DNA of 58,172 nucleotides from a virus (Duplodnaviria; Caudoviricetes): IMG/VR virus record IMGVR_UViG_3300028610_000686, positions 1 to 58,172 of that record; one strand, 5' to 3'. Shown piece by piece: positions 30,166 to 40,787 of this stretch (position 1 is its first letter; each line of letters starts with the position of its first letter). The notes under the pieces were generated by a model. It saw only the letters and a program-made list of their open reading frames with translations, ran no database searches and was not told where the DNA came from. The position numbers and the translations under genes were made by a program.

Positions 30166-30549
30166 ATGTCTGAAAGAAAAGAACTGTCTGATTATTTTAA
30201 GGATTGTGAACAGTACAAGCAAGTAATCAGACAGAAATTGCGAGTTAAATTTTTTCAGGATCATAACCAGAAACACGTAAATGCATTAAACAAATATTTA
30301 GCAAAAATCAAGAAAGTCAGACCGTCACTAGTTGAAATACCGTATCGATGGTATGAAGCGTTTCAAGGTTGGGAATATCTAGCTAAGTTCGGTCGACCTT
30401 CTTCAATGGGGTTGCAGCCACAGGGTTTTGAGACAATTTATAAATATGTGTCTCTATTGAGCATCGAAAAAAAGTATCATCTAATATTAATTGATCAAAT
30501 CATAACGATTGATATTGAGTTTGTTAAAATCCATTCCAAAAAAGATTAA
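30166..30549 (+). CDS. Tail chaperone frameshift extension (gpT-like)
   Basis: No clear RBS; -1 frame relative to the upstream gene; RPSSMGLQP motif. Confidence 0.7.
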   Translation: MSERKELSDYFKDCEQYKQVIRQKLRVKFFQDHNQKHVNALNKYLAKIKKVRPSLVEIPYRWYEAFQGWEYLAKFGRPSSMGLQPQGFETIYKYVSLLSIEKKYHLILIDQIITIDIEFVKIHSKKD

Positions 30550-33500
30550 TGGCTACTGAGACATTTGAAATTAAAGTAGATAGTTCGGGGGCCGTTAACA
30601 ATCTCAAAAAGGTGGAAACCGGTCTTGACAAGACTGGTAAATCTGCAAAAGGTGTCGGAAAAGAAGTCAAAGGCGCTGAATCCTCTATAAAATCACTCGC
30701 GAAATCATTAGTTGGTGCAGCTGGCCTAGCCGCTGCCGTTGCTGTAACTACTAAAGCCGTTTTTGCATCTGTGGACGCATGGCGCGTATATGAAAAAGCG
30801 CTCGTTGGCGTTGCAAAGACAACCAATCTAAGCGGCAAAGAACTCCAGCAATTTTCAAAAGATATCACCCAACTTTCAAGAGATTTAAAAGGTGCGGCGA
30901 CCGCTGAAGAATTACTTGGTATTGCACAAGCTGCGGGCCAATTAGGTGTCAATGGTGCTGAAAATATAAAATTATTTACAGCGACAATTGCAAAACTAGG
31001 GCAAGCCTCAGACCTTTCAGGTGATTTAGCGGCGACCACTCTTGCAAGAATTTTGACGGTAACTGGGGAAGGTGTCGGAAAGATTGATATTTTCGCTTCT
31101 CAGATTGTAGCACTAGGAAACAATTTTGCGGCGACAGAATCAGAAATCGCAAGAATGGCGAACGAGGTTGCCAGAGCAACCGCACAATTTGACGTTAGCG
31201 CAGGGGAAGCGGCGGCGTTAGGAACGGCAATGAAAGCGATGGGCGTCCAAGCTGAATTAGGTTCTTCAGTGATGGGTAAGTCGTTTAGAGTAATCGACAA
31301 AGCTGTCCGCCAAGGTGGTGAAACATTAAAGGATTTGGTAGAATTAACCGGAGTTACGGGGGATGTACTTAAAAAAACATTCGAAGAAGATGCAGTTGCA
31401 GCTTTTACTCTGTTTGCGGAAGGTCTAGGAAGAGTAGCGGGAGCTAATGGTGATGTCACGGCGGAGCTTGAAAAATTTGGGTTAAAAGGGGAAGAGGTCT
31501 TAAAAGTATTACCAGTGCTTGCTAAAAATTCTGAATTATTGGCACTCACTCTTAAAAAAATAAAAGAAGAGGCGGAGAATGGAGGTGAAGCGCTTGAAAA
31601 AGAATTTGGCGCGGCTATTGATACTCTTGATTCAAGAATAAAATTATTAGATATTACTTTCAAGAACTTAAAGACAAGTATAGGTCAATCAAGTTCTGGT
31701 ATTACTAATAGTATTGTGACAATGGCAACGGCGTCAATCAAAGGATTGGATGATTTACTTAAGAAATGGGATGAAATCAAATTAAATCTAGCAGATCGCG
31801 AAGAATTAATTGCGGCTGGTAAAGAAATAGGATTTGAATTTTCAACGTTGAGTAAGATCATTGGCATTGGTACTGATGAATTACAAAGAATACGTGAAGC
31901 TGTTGAATTATTCGAAAAAGCAAAAGAACAGAGAAGTAAGGCATCGGCGCAACCGACACTTCTTGAACTTGCTACAAAAGTAGCTGAGGCAGAAGTAAAA
32001 ATAACAACGGATCGAGTTAAAAACGCGAAAGAGATCGCGGAAATATCTAACAATGTTATCAGAGATTGGACAGACTTTATGAAATTTCAGTCTTCTGAAG
32101 TGAATAAACAAGCAGCAATACAAACTGCTTTAATTGCATCAAGAAAATCAGCACTTGATAAAGAACTTCAACGATTGGCTGACAATAGAGCGCAAGAAAA
32201 AGCGTTATTTGGCAGAGAAATAAGTAGAGGACAAACAACCGGTGTTTTTAAAGATCAACGATCTTTAGATAATGCAACGCAGGCAATGAATCTTCTAGTC
32301 CGTGAATTATCAGAAGGTAGAGGCGGTATTTCAGACGCCCAGATTGAAAAACTGGAATCGGCTATAAAAGAAGGTCAAGCGGGCGGGGGAAGTGCGGCTG
32401 ATGCAGTATCCGAGGTTACAGAAATATTCACTTTGGCATTTGTTCCCGTTATCGGGCAAATAGCCACGCTAATAAAAACAATTGCAGCGTTACCAGAAAC
32501 AATCAAAAGTTTCGTCAATGGTGTATTAGACGCTTTTGCATCTTGGGACGATACCGTTGAAAAATTCTTTGATGAATTACCGCAACGCATCGAAGCGGCT
32601 TTTTTGGGTGTTGCCGACGCCATAGCCAGGATATTCAGCGCAGAAACCGCCAAGTTGATCTTTGCAGCAATGGAAAGCGCAGTTACCGGTTTTGTTGATG
32701 CAATTGCCGTTCTCTTTGGTGGTTCAGTTGATCGCCGTCAAACAGTAGGAGAAACGGCACAACTAGAGGCCCTTATTGTTTCAATCAATAAGCAGTCACA
32801 ATCAATCGAGCGGGCCGGGTGGGGTAATAGTGATTGGCAATCCGAATTAACTAAATTAACAGCGGAAAAATCAGCGTTGGACAGACAGGCCGTTGATTTC
32901 TGGGAAAGTTTTATTGATATTTCTCAATCTGAATTTGACGCAATAAAACAACTTAATACTACTCAAGAGGAAGCATTATCAACATTAAAAAATATCGTAA
33001 ATACACTTGAAGATACAATTAATACTCTGTTGGGATCGACATTCAATCCTGACCAAACATTTGCAACCGCGCAAGCCACTTATGAAAAATTATTAGAACA
33101 AGCAAGCGCCGCTGGTTTATCACCATCAGAAAGGGAAGACGCGGTTGCCGGATTAACTAGTTTTATCACAGGATTTTTAGAAAAAGCGCAAGCTCAATTC
33201 GGGTCAAGCGCAGCTTATCAAAATCTTTTTGCACAAGTCTTAGAAGATTTAGCGAATATTCAAGGGTTTGTTTCTGGTGACGTGGCCACAACTGCGAGCG
33301 ATTTGGTCGATACAACCGCACTGTTAGAAGAACTAGCGAGAGTCGTTGGTGATGCAATTGCCGAAAGCGTCAACGAAGCGGGCGAAACTATTTTTGAAAA
33401 TATTTTAGCAATCTTAACAGATATCTGGAATTTTTTCGATGGTATATGGAGAGCTTTCATTAAATTGTTTGAAACATTTGTGGGTGTTATACAAACTGTT

Positions 33501-33932
33501 TTTGACGGTATTTCGGGTTTTTTAGCATCAATAGAAACATTTTTGAAAAACATTGGCGATGCACTCGAAGCATTAGTGTCAGCAATTGAGGGATTAGGTG
33601 GGGGTGATATAAGTTTGTTTGCAGACGGCGGTATCGTAAATAAACCGACAATTGCTATGGTTGGTGAAGCAGGGCCGGAGGCATTCATCCCGTTAAAAAA
33701 TGGGTCTGTTCCGGTGTCATTTTCTGGTGGTGGCGGTGGTGGGGATAACGAGGCAACAAATCAATTATTACGACAACAAAACAGTTTATTAATGACTCTA
33801 ATAAACACAACTGAGAACGGATTGCAAATTGATGGTCAATCGTTTAATAACAGATCTGCAAGAGTTGCTGACGGTGTTTTTCTGGAAAGGTTCAACCGCG
33901 GTGTTGATTTAGAAGCGGGGTTAGTATTATGA
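30549..33932 (+). CDS. Tape measure protein (TP901-family core)
   Basis: 1127 aa; YEKALVGVAKTT, AAGQLGV, LGNNFAATESEI; C-terminal FADGGIVNKPTIAMVGEAGPEAFIPL. Confidence 0.92.
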   Translation: MATETFEIKVDSSGAVNNLKKVETGLDKTGKSAKGVGKEVKGAESSIKSLAKSLVGAAGLAAAVAVTTKAVFASVDAWRVYEKALVGVAKTTNLSGKELQQFSKDITQLSRDLKGAATAEELLGIAQAAGQLGVNGAENIKLFTATIAKLGQASDLSGDLAATTLARILTVTGEGVGKIDIFASQIVALGNNFAATESEIARMANEVARATAQFDVSAGEAAALGTAMKAMGVQAELGSSVMGKSFRVIDKAVRQGGETLKDLVELTGVTGDVLKKTFEEDAVAAFTLFAEGLGRVAGANGDVTAELEKFGLKGEEVLKVLPVLAKNSELLALTLKKIKEEAENGGEALEKEFGAAIDTLDSRIKLLDITFKNLKTSIGQSSSGITNSIVTMATASIKGLDDLLKKWDEIKLNLADREELIAAGKEIGFEFSTLSKIIGIGTDELQRIREAVELFEKAKEQRSKASAQPTLLELATKVAEAEVKITTDRVKNAKEIAEISNNVIRDWTDFMKFQSSEVNKQAAIQTALIASRKSALDKELQRLADNRAQEKALFGREISRGQTTGVFKDQRSLDNATQAMNLLVRELSEGRGGISDAQIEKLESAIKEGQAGGGSAADAVSEVTEIFTLAFVPVIGQIATLIKTIAALPETIKSFVNGVLDAFASWDDTVEKFFDELPQRIEAAFLGVADAIARIFSAETAKLIFAAMESAVTGFVDAIAVLFGGSVDRRQTVGETAQLEALIVSINKQSQSIERAGWGNSDWQSELTKLTAEKSALDRQAVDFWESFIDISQSEFDAIKQLNTTQEEALSTLKNIVNTLEDTINTLLGSTFNPDQTFATAQATYEKLLEQASAAGLSPSEREDAVAGLTSFITGFLEKAQAQFGSSAAYQNLFAQVLEDLANIQGFVSGDVATTASDLVDTTALLEELARVVGDAIAESVNEAGETIFENILAILTDIWNFFDGIWRAFIKLFETFVGVIQTVFDGISGFLASIETFLKNIGDALEALVSAIEGLGGGDISLFADGGIVNKPTIAMVGEAGPEAFIPLKNGSVPVSFSGGGGGGDNEATNQLLRQQNSLLMTLINTTENGLQIDGQSFNNRSARVADGVFLERFNRGVDLEAGLVL

Positions 33933-36820
33933 CCATACTTTTAAAGGCAACATTCGATTCAATTGATTATTATCTGACTGAACAAGGTGGCGGTGTTTAT
34001 GCAACTACGGAAGCATCGGAACAATATTGGGTTCCAAAAATATCATCGATCGGTAAAATTCAATGGAGGCTTTCGAAGATAAATGGTGGCCGGGTTAAAA
34101 TAAATCTTGGATCATTTATTTTGTTTCCAGACGCAACAATATTTCCGGCACCTAGAATTATGGATGTAATTTGCTGGAAACAGTTAGATTCCGGAAATAT
34201 GTTTTTGTTTGCAGGAACGGCTGTCCTAGGAGACTTCAAACCGCTTGGGCTGAATTATCGAATGTACGAAAAGGAGCTTGACGTCGACTTATTAGACGAT
34301 GCTCCCGACTTAGGTAGTACTACCGACCGCGTTTATCCCCTCGCGATTGGTGCGGTTAATCTCGTCAAGCCGCTTCAAGTTGGTGGCACTACCGATTATC
34401 AGTATTGGAAAGCTGGGATCACGGAAACAGTTCCAGGCTCCGGAATTTATAATATTTATGACAACAACAGTGTAAAAATTCTAACGATTGATGATCAAGC
34501 CACTGAATTTCAATCAATTACAAAAGAGGTATGGTTAAACGGTACATCAATTGAAAGTAGTTTTTCTGATGGCGATACGGCAACTGTGTTAGGAACGGGT
34601 ACGCCAACTGATTATATCGGAACTTATATAGTAACCAGTACAAGGACAAACGGAATTAAAATAAGATTACGTACAAGCCAAGGATATGGCGATTATACAA
34701 GCGGAAATACAGTTGGGGGTGTTTCAGTTACAAGTGTTGATTTGATTCCAGGTAAACCGGTTGCTGATATTTTGTTTTCAGGCACCGGTGCTGATTCAAC
34801 ATTGATTGATTTTTTCGATTTCGCAAAAGACAGGATTAACACAGCATTGTCAACCAGTTATACGCTAACAACTACAAACGCTTCAGCCGTTACTATTTCC
34901 GGATACGAAACTCAGCAAAAAAACATATTTGATTTTTTGAGCGAACTATCAGCCGCTTGTAATCATCTATATTATATTGACGATGAAAACGACGTGATTC
35001 ATTTAGTTGACATGCAAAAGAATAATGGAACATTGGCACCGGATGAATTCAGTTTCTTTTCTAATCAGCCACGTTATCAAAATCCAATTAAAAATGTTGT
35101 TCACAAATGGGTCTCAAAAGTAATCGAACTCGATGACCAAGGATATCCAAAATTAATTACAGCACAGGAAGAGCAATCAATAATATTGGACAGTCCGGTC
35201 GGTAAAGCCGATGTGCCGATAAAAGTTTATGATCGAGTAAAAGCAAATATTGAAACGTTATTGGACGCATGTGGTGTAAGTTATCAGGCTCCAATATCAA
35301 ATATTGATTTACCATTTCAGACGGGGATTGCGCCAGGTTTGAGTATCACATATCCAGATAGTAGATTCCCGACGACACAAAGCACGACAATGAGGGCAAG
35401 GACAATCGAATTCGATCCGGATGTTGAAAGAATAAAAGTTGAGGGCCATGTTTCTATATCAGGTTTACTAACAGTTCCGGGAACACCGGCGGTAGGACAA
35501 TACAGTCAGAATATTGAAAATGATGCGTTGAATGATATCGCAACGCAACAACGAGAAAGCTTTGTAACAGTTGCGACAAATGAATTTGATGGGCAATATG
35601 GAAGTTTTTTTGAAGGCTTTGAAGCAATTGAAGACACGGGCGGAACTGTTTTGATGAAAGAAGGTGTTTATTATTGGGATTTGCCGAGTGAAAAAATTGA
35701 ACCGAAAGCATTTTCCTATAATTTTATCGGTGTCGGAAAAGGACTCGTCACCCTTAAAATAAAATACGATGGAACCATAAAGGCATTTGATGACTCATCG
35801 CCTAGTATTTGCACTGGTTTGAAATTTGAAAATATCGATATAGAATGGGAGACAACAAGCTCAAATGAGCAATTTATAATTTTTATGGATGGTGATGGGT
35901 CTACTCCTAATCTGGGTAAGGTTGAAATTCGTGATTGCACTATGGGTTTCACAGATGGCACAACAAAAACTGTGGCTGAAATTGCGGAATATGATTTAAG
36001 AATCGATGGTTGTGTTTTTGACGCGAGTGATACCTGTATAGATAGTCGTGATGATGTGTCGATACCGGCAACAACAGTGAAAACTATAACTAATACAATA
36101 TTTAAAAATAACGAAGTATTTTTATTGGCAATTAGAGGTAAATCAGTGTCTGTTCTTTCTTGTTCATTTTTAAATTATACAGGGGAAGCTTTAAACGTCG
36201 TTCAACCGTCTTCCGGCGCTGGTGTTCTAGGGTGGAAGACATATATAAATAACAACACATTCGAGAGGTCTGGCAGTTTTGGTGGTGACATGGTGGATAT
36301 AAGGGTGTTTTCGCCAGTACTGGAAATAATAGACAATAAATTTAAATATGACATAACTATTTCAACAGATAATGATTTAACATGTATTGACGTGTCAATT
36401 CCGGCTGATTCAACAACAGGTGGATCAATAAATATAAAAGGTAATGTAATTGATGTTGATTATACTATTAATTTGAGCAACACAATATCAGGTGTTAGAG
36501 GAATAGAAATTACTAATGTTACATCCGGGACAGGTTTTGTTATACCTACAGAAGCCAGCGGAAACAAAGTAAAAATGGTGTTTTCATCAACATCATCAGT
36601 TAGTGGAACTGGATATGGGGTAAGGGCGATTGGAAGCGACAGATTACAGGTTTTGAACAATTCTCTTGATATTTCAGGCGCAAATTTGTCAACAGCACGA
36701 TACGGAATTTACTTGCAAAATGATTATAATATTGCGACAGGAAACAGAATCATAAATTTTACAACCGCTATTCGATCAGTGGGCGGTAATGATGTAATCA
36801 CACCCAATATACTAGCATGA
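33929..36820 (+). CDS. Tail hub/spike protein with C-terminal parallel beta-helix (pectate-lyase/depolymerase-like)
   Basis: 963 aa after tape measure; GGTVLMKEGVY then repeated I..N.F / I.GN.I beta-helix motifs. Confidence 0.7.
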   Translation: MTILLKATFDSIDYYLTEQGGGVYATTEASEQYWVPKISSIGKIQWRLSKINGGRVKINLGSFILFPDATIFPAPRIMDVICWKQLDSGNMFLFAGTAVLGDFKPLGLNYRMYEKELDVDLLDDAPDLGSTTDRVYPLAIGAVNLVKPLQVGGTTDYQYWKAGITETVPGSGIYNIYDNNSVKILTIDDQATEFQSITKEVWLNGTSIESSFSDGDTATVLGTGTPTDYIGTYIVTSTRTNGIKIRLRTSQGYGDYTSGNTVGGVSVTSVDLIPGKPVADILFSGTGADSTLIDFFDFAKDRINTALSTSYTLTTTNASAVTISGYETQQKNIFDFLSELSAACNHLYYIDDENDVIHLVDMQKNNGTLAPDEFSFFSNQPRYQNPIKNVVHKWVSKVIELDDQGYPKLITAQEEQSIILDSPVGKADVPIKVYDRVKANIETLLDACGVSYQAPISNIDLPFQTGIAPGLSITYPDSRFPTTQSTTMRARTIEFDPDVERIKVEGHVSISGLLTVPGTPAVGQYSQNIENDALNDIATQQRESFVTVATNEFDGQYGSFFEGFEAIEDTGGTVLMKEGVYYWDLPSEKIEPKAFSYNFIGVGKGLVTLKIKYDGTIKAFDDSSPSICTGLKFENIDIEWETTSSNEQFIIFMDGDGSTPNLGKVEIRDCTMGFTDGTTKTVAEIAEYDLRIDGCVFDASDTCIDSRDDVSIPATTVKTITNTIFKNNEVFLLAIRGKSVSVLSCSFLNYTGEALNVVQPSSGAGVLGWKTYINNNTFERSGSFGGDMVDIRVFSPVLEIIDNKFKYDITISTDNDLTCIDVSIPADSTTGGSINIKGNVIDVDYTINLSNTISGVRGIEITNVTSGTGFVIPTEASGNKVKMVFSSTSSVSGTGYGVRAIGSDRLQVLNNSLDISGANLSTARYGIYLQNDYNIATGNRIINFTTAIRSVGGNDVITPNILA

Positions 36821-37557
36821 GAGCATTATACGACACAATTAGCAGCATAACGATGACGAACGAAGACGGGAGTTTTCCGATTGCCAATTCACAAACAGAA
36901 TTCCAAGGGCAGTTATCAAAAGCGACTGGAACGACGTCAACGCTTGATATTTCAGTGGATGATTTTGGAAATGCTGTATTTATCGGCAATACAAATGCTA
37001 CACAGGCGACGATTAGAGTTTATGATTATCTTAATGCTTTGCAGGAAACAGAAACAGTATATTTTGATTATCAGGACACTCTTACATACAATATAACAGG
37101 AGAATCAAGACAGGGTTTCATTGAAATGTTTCATACTTTCACGAATCAGGATGAAAATTACCGACTTGAAATTGATCTCGTAACAGATGCGGCCGCACTT
37201 GAGTTCGGAATTGTCAGAGCTGGGTTTGCAGGTCACTGGTCAAGTCCGGATTACGGTTGGTCTAATTCTAGTCAAGATACTTCGATTATAAACCGAACAA
37301 ACAACGGCGCCCGGTATGTTAAAAACCGTCAAAAAATAAGAACATTCAGTGGAAACTTTATGTCATTAGATCATGCCGAATTCATGAAATGGCAAGACCT
37401 TTTTATAAAAAACGCTAATAAAAATTTAGCTTTGGACTTCTGGGACAATGCAAATACGAGACAAATTGTTTTTGGATCAATCAATCAAACACCAAATAAA
37501 ACGTTCAATAATCCAGGGGTGGCAGCAATAACAATCAATATCGAGGAATCATTATGA
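36817..37557 (+). CDS. Tail tip protein
   Basis: Coupled; SPDYGWS..DTS..RTNNGARY..R pattern; located in the tail module. Confidence 0.6.
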   Translation: MRALYDTISSITMTNEDGSFPIANSQTEFQGQLSKATGTTSTLDISVDDFGNAVFIGNTNATQATIRVYDYLNALQETETVYFDYQDTLTYNITGESRQGFIEMFHTFTNQDENYRLEIDLVTDAAALEFGIVRAGFAGHWSSPDYGWSNSSQDTSIINRTNNGARYVKNRQKIRTFSGNFMSLDHAEFMKWQDLFIKNANKNLALDFWDNANTRQIVFGSINQTPNKTFNNPGVAAITINIEESL

Positions 37558-38933
37558 CAACATTTTCTGATATTTTTGTTGATAATAAAACACCACTGCA
37601 ATCTACTATAATCCGGGCAAATGATACATCTCGAACGGGTCAATTAAACCAGATATCAGCACAATTAGATACTACTTCAGCGTCAAATTATACATTTGTG
37701 CAATCAGGGACGCCAAGTGCAACACAATCAGGTGAAACATGGTTAGATACTGACGATGGGAAAGTATATAATTCTACAGGATCAGGCACCGGTAATTGGG
37801 TATTCGCGTATCAAGTTGTTTTAGTTGATACGTTGAATCATGTCCCAAATAAGCAAAATGACCTCAATTTAATTGGCAGTGCTGGTGGTTACGGCTCTGA
37901 AACATTTACGCGCTCAACAGTCGTTAACCATATTGATCGGTATGGAATTGTTCAGCAGGCGGGGGTTGACAATCCTGCATTTGAAAAAGAGGGTCTTTTA
38001 CTTGAAGGGGCAAGTACAAATCAGTTGTTACACTCAAAAGACCATTCTGATGTAGTATGGGTTAAAGCAAAAACACCATCCTCGACGACTGAAACGGCCC
38101 CTGACGGAACTGGCACAGCGTACAAAGTAACCGGTCTATTTTCAGGCGGCGGGCAAGTTGTTAGGCAGTCGGTTACATACGATTTTACGGACGACATTGC
38201 AACCGGATCATTTTTTCTGAAAGGCATATCCGGACAAACTATCGTTTTTCAAATTAACAATACTGACAAAGAGGCTTTCAACCGAGTCACGCATACATTC
38301 ACCGGTGGATGGGATAGAGTCGAAAATAAAGTAGACACCGACGGGGCAACTAATAATAACTATCAGTTTTTTATAACTGTTCTAGCAGCTAGCACAGCCA
38401 CAGAAGTAACATATTGGGGCGGACAGTTAGAACATTTACCATTTATGAGTTCATTTATTATAACGACAGTCTCATCGGTGACTAGAACTGTTAACAAGTT
38501 CGAAATTCCATACACTAATAATTTTTCCGCTCCTGGTGATAATGTTACTGTGATTGTAGATTTTGATTTTTTAGGTGTTGCAGCATCCAATGATTTTATA
38601 TTTGGCGTCCCTGGTGAGACATCAAGATTCATGATGATTAACAGTGGTGACCTAAAATTAAGGTTAGCGCACGGCTCTACATTCTTGCAGGGTGTTACAG
38701 CACTCGTAGCCGGTGCACAATACCGCGCCGCTTATGTTAACGACGGGACTAATCTGTTATTGTATTTGAACGGTGTGTTTGAGGCGTCCATTGCCCAGGG
38801 AACTGTGACCGGAACGGCCTCACGTATATCTGTAGGGATGGCCGATGCGGCCGGAAACGCTACCTTACACGGCCATATTTCAAATTTTAAAATTATCAAT
38901 CAAGCGTTAACTGCTTCAGAAATAAGAATATAA
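37554..38933 (+). CDS. Tail fibre/receptor-binding protein with C-terminal LamG/ConA-like domain, paralog 1
   Basis: TFTRST, GLLLEGASTN, WGGQLE, SSFIIT, LYLNG, GHISNFKIINQALT. Confidence 0.75.
   Translation: MTTFSDIFVDNKTPLQSTIIRANDTSRTGQLNQISAQLDTTSASNYTFVQSGTPSATQSGETWLDTDDGKVYNSTGSGTGNWVFAYQVVLVDTLNHVPNKQNDLNLIGSAGGYGSETFTRSTVVNHIDRYGIVQQAGVDNPAFEKEGLLLEGASTNQLLHSKDHSDVVWVKAKTPSSTTETAPDGTGTAYKVTGLFSGGGQVVRQSVTYDFTDDIATGSFFLKGISGQTIVFQINNTDKEAFNRVTHTFTGGWDRVENKVDTDGATNNNYQFFITVLAASTATEVTYWGGQLEHLPFMSSFIITTVSSVTRTVNKFEIPYTNNFSAPGDNVTVIVDFDFLGVAASNDFIFGVPGETSRFMMINSGDLKLRLAHGSTFLQGVTALVAGAQYRAAYVNDGTNLLLYLNGVFEASIAQGTVTGTASRISVGMADAAGNATLHGHISNFKIINQALTASEIRI
37709..37852 (+). repeat. 144-bp exact direct repeat, copy 1
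   Basis: Identical base for base to 39104..39247. Confidence 0.92.
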
Positions 38934-38948
38934 ATATCGAGGATCATT

Positions 38949-39260
38949 ATGACAGCATTTTCAGATCTATTTCTGCCCAACGGGACACCCCAGCAAGCAA
39001 CAACGATGCGAGCCAATGACGTGAATCGTACAATTCTACTAAATGCATTATCAGTACAGCTCGATACTGTGAGCGCTGCTAAATATGATTTTATTGAGCC
39101 TCCGACGCCAAGTGCAACACAATCAGGTGAAACATGGTTAGATACTGACGATGGGAAAGTATATAATTCTACAGGATCAGGCACCGGTAATTGGGTATTC
39201 GCGTATCAAGTTGTTTTAGTTGATACGTTGAATCATGTCCCAAATAAATTGGAAATATAG
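38949..39260 (+). CDS. Tail fibre paralog 2, N-terminal part (frameshifted from 39296..40438)
   Basis: Homologous to residues 1-100 of 37554..38933. Confidence 0.7.
   Translation: MTAFSDLFLPNGTPQQATTMRANDVNRTILLNALSVQLDTVSAAKYDFIEPPTPSATQSGETWLDTDDGKVYNSTGSGTGNWVFAYQVVLVDTLNHVPNKLEI
39104..39247 (+). repeat. 144-bp exact direct repeat, copy 2
   Basis: Identical to 37709..37852. Confidence 0.92.
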
Positions 39261-39295
39261 ATTCGCCGCTTGTTGATTTTGCTCTTCAAAATGAT

Positions 39296-40438
39296 TTGAA
39301 TCTTGTTCGTAGCGCTGGCGGGTATGGTTCTGAAACTTTTACAAGATCGACTGTTAAAAATTATATTGATCGATATGGAGTAGTTCAACAAGCAGCAATT
39401 GACAATCCCGCATTCGAAAAAGAAGGACTTTTACTTGAGGGGCCAAGCACGAATAAATGTCTTCAATCAGAGGATTTCGATACTACGTGGTCAAAAGATG
39501 GCGGGGCGACTGTGACCATAAACGACACCAACGCCCCGGATGGAACAGCTACAGCGGATAAAATAATTATAGGTTCTGGTGGTGGTGGAGAACGATTATC
39601 GCAATCTATTGCTATAACTGATACAGGGCAAACGGTATGTATTAGTGTTTTTGTAAAAGATAGTACTATTACTAATATAAATATAAGGGCATTTATTTCA
39701 GGCGGGACTCCACAAGATGCCAACATAGATTTTAATATATCAACACAGGCTATAACGGAGGGAACTGTTGATGATTCTGGTTTTGAAACATTAGATGACG
39801 ATTGGTTTAGAGTCTGGTTCACGATTACTTTGAATAATACTGGGCAAACAAGTATAGATTTACGCGTGGGTGGGGAAATTATCGGTGGTTCATCAACGGG
39901 TGATTTTTTCGCCTGGGGCGCGCAATTAGAGGAATTATCTCTTGCATCTTCTTATATTATAACGACAGTATCAGCAGTGACGAGGACAGTTAATTTATCA
40001 TCAATACAATATGCGGGAAATTTACCAGCCCCCGAAGATGATATGACAATCCTTATTGATATTAATACCATAGGTACAGTCTTACCCAATGACTTTATAT
40101 TGAAGATAATAGGAGAGGCAAATAGAGATATATTTAATCGTAGCGCGGACAATAAAATTATTTTCAGACATGGGACAACCCAATTATTGTCAACGTTTGG
40201 GTTGACAATCGGACAGACATATAGGATCGGATATGTTAATGATGGGACATCTTTATTGATGTATATCGACGGGGAACTTAATAATAGTGTGGCGCAAGAG
40301 GCTGTTACTGGTACAGCAACAGGGCAAGTAGCAATTGGGTCTAACTCAACGGCGGGGGGTATACCATTTTATGGTCATATTTCAAACATGAGAATTTTAA
40401 ACAGAGCCTTAACCGATTCAGAAATGAGGATAACATAA
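39296..40438 (+). CDS. Tail fibre paralog 2, C-terminal part with LamG-like domain
   Basis: Homologous to the remainder of paralog 1; frame open from 39248 (IGNIDSPLVDFALQNDLNLV...). Confidence 0.72.
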   Translation: MNLVRSAGGYGSETFTRSTVKNYIDRYGVVQQAAIDNPAFEKEGLLLEGPSTNKCLQSEDFDTTWSKDGGATVTINDTNAPDGTATADKIIIGSGGGGERLSQSIAITDTGQTVCISVFVKDSTITNINIRAFISGGTPQDANIDFNISTQAITEGTVDDSGFETLDDDWFRVWFTITLNNTGQTSIDLRVGGEIIGGSSTGDFFAWGAQLEELSLASSYIITTVSAVTRTVNLSSIQYAGNLPAPEDDMTILIDINTIGTVLPNDFILKIIGEANRDIFNRSADNKIIFRHGTTQLLSTFGLTIGQTYRIGYVNDGTSLLMYIDGELNNSVAQEAVTGTATGQVAIGSNSTAGGIPFYGHISNMRILNRALTDSEMRIT

Positions 40439-40779
40439 TGGATATAATAACATATTGTACAGACACACAAGCATTAATCGAAGAGCTTAAAGAAAAATAC
40501 CCGGATTATGTAAGTGAAGGTAATTTTTTAATTGATAAAACGCCGATTGTCCGAAATGATAATGAGACAATGACGTTGATTCGCATTAGTCAGGAACAGG
40601 TTGCTTTAATTGCAGAATTAAAGAATTTGACAATCCTTGGAACATATGAAGAAGTATTTGCCGATTCATCGAAAAAAGAAATTTATGATAGAGTGTATCC
40701 GTTAGAATACAGCTACACCAGTGATGAAGGCACAGAAGAAACAGGTGTTAAGCCGGAAAAATTTTGTGAATTTGCATAG
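40438..40779 (+). CDS. Hypothetical protein (possible tail fibre chaperone)
   Basis: TAATG-coupled to the fibre gene. Confidence 0.55.
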   Translation: MDIITYCTDTQALIEELKEKYPDYVSEGNFLIDKTPIVRNDNETMTLIRISQEQVALIAELKNLTILGTYEEVFADSSKKEIYDRVYPLEYSYTSDEGTEETGVKPEKFCEFA

Positions 40780-40787
40780 AGGGATAA

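Noticed and set aside
30524-33688. Long minus-strand ORFs within the tape measure and other structural genes
   Set aside because: Antisense shadows of codon-biased plus-strand genes, with no motifs or RBS.
37709-39247. Diversity-generating retroelement TR/VR pair
   Set aside because: The repeat copies are identical with no adenine-specific mismatches, lie in N-terminal regions, and no reverse transcriptase is present.
39258-39260. Stop-codon reassignment or readthrough (alternative genetic code)
   Set aside because: The downstream part is in a different frame, and all core genes are intact under code 11.
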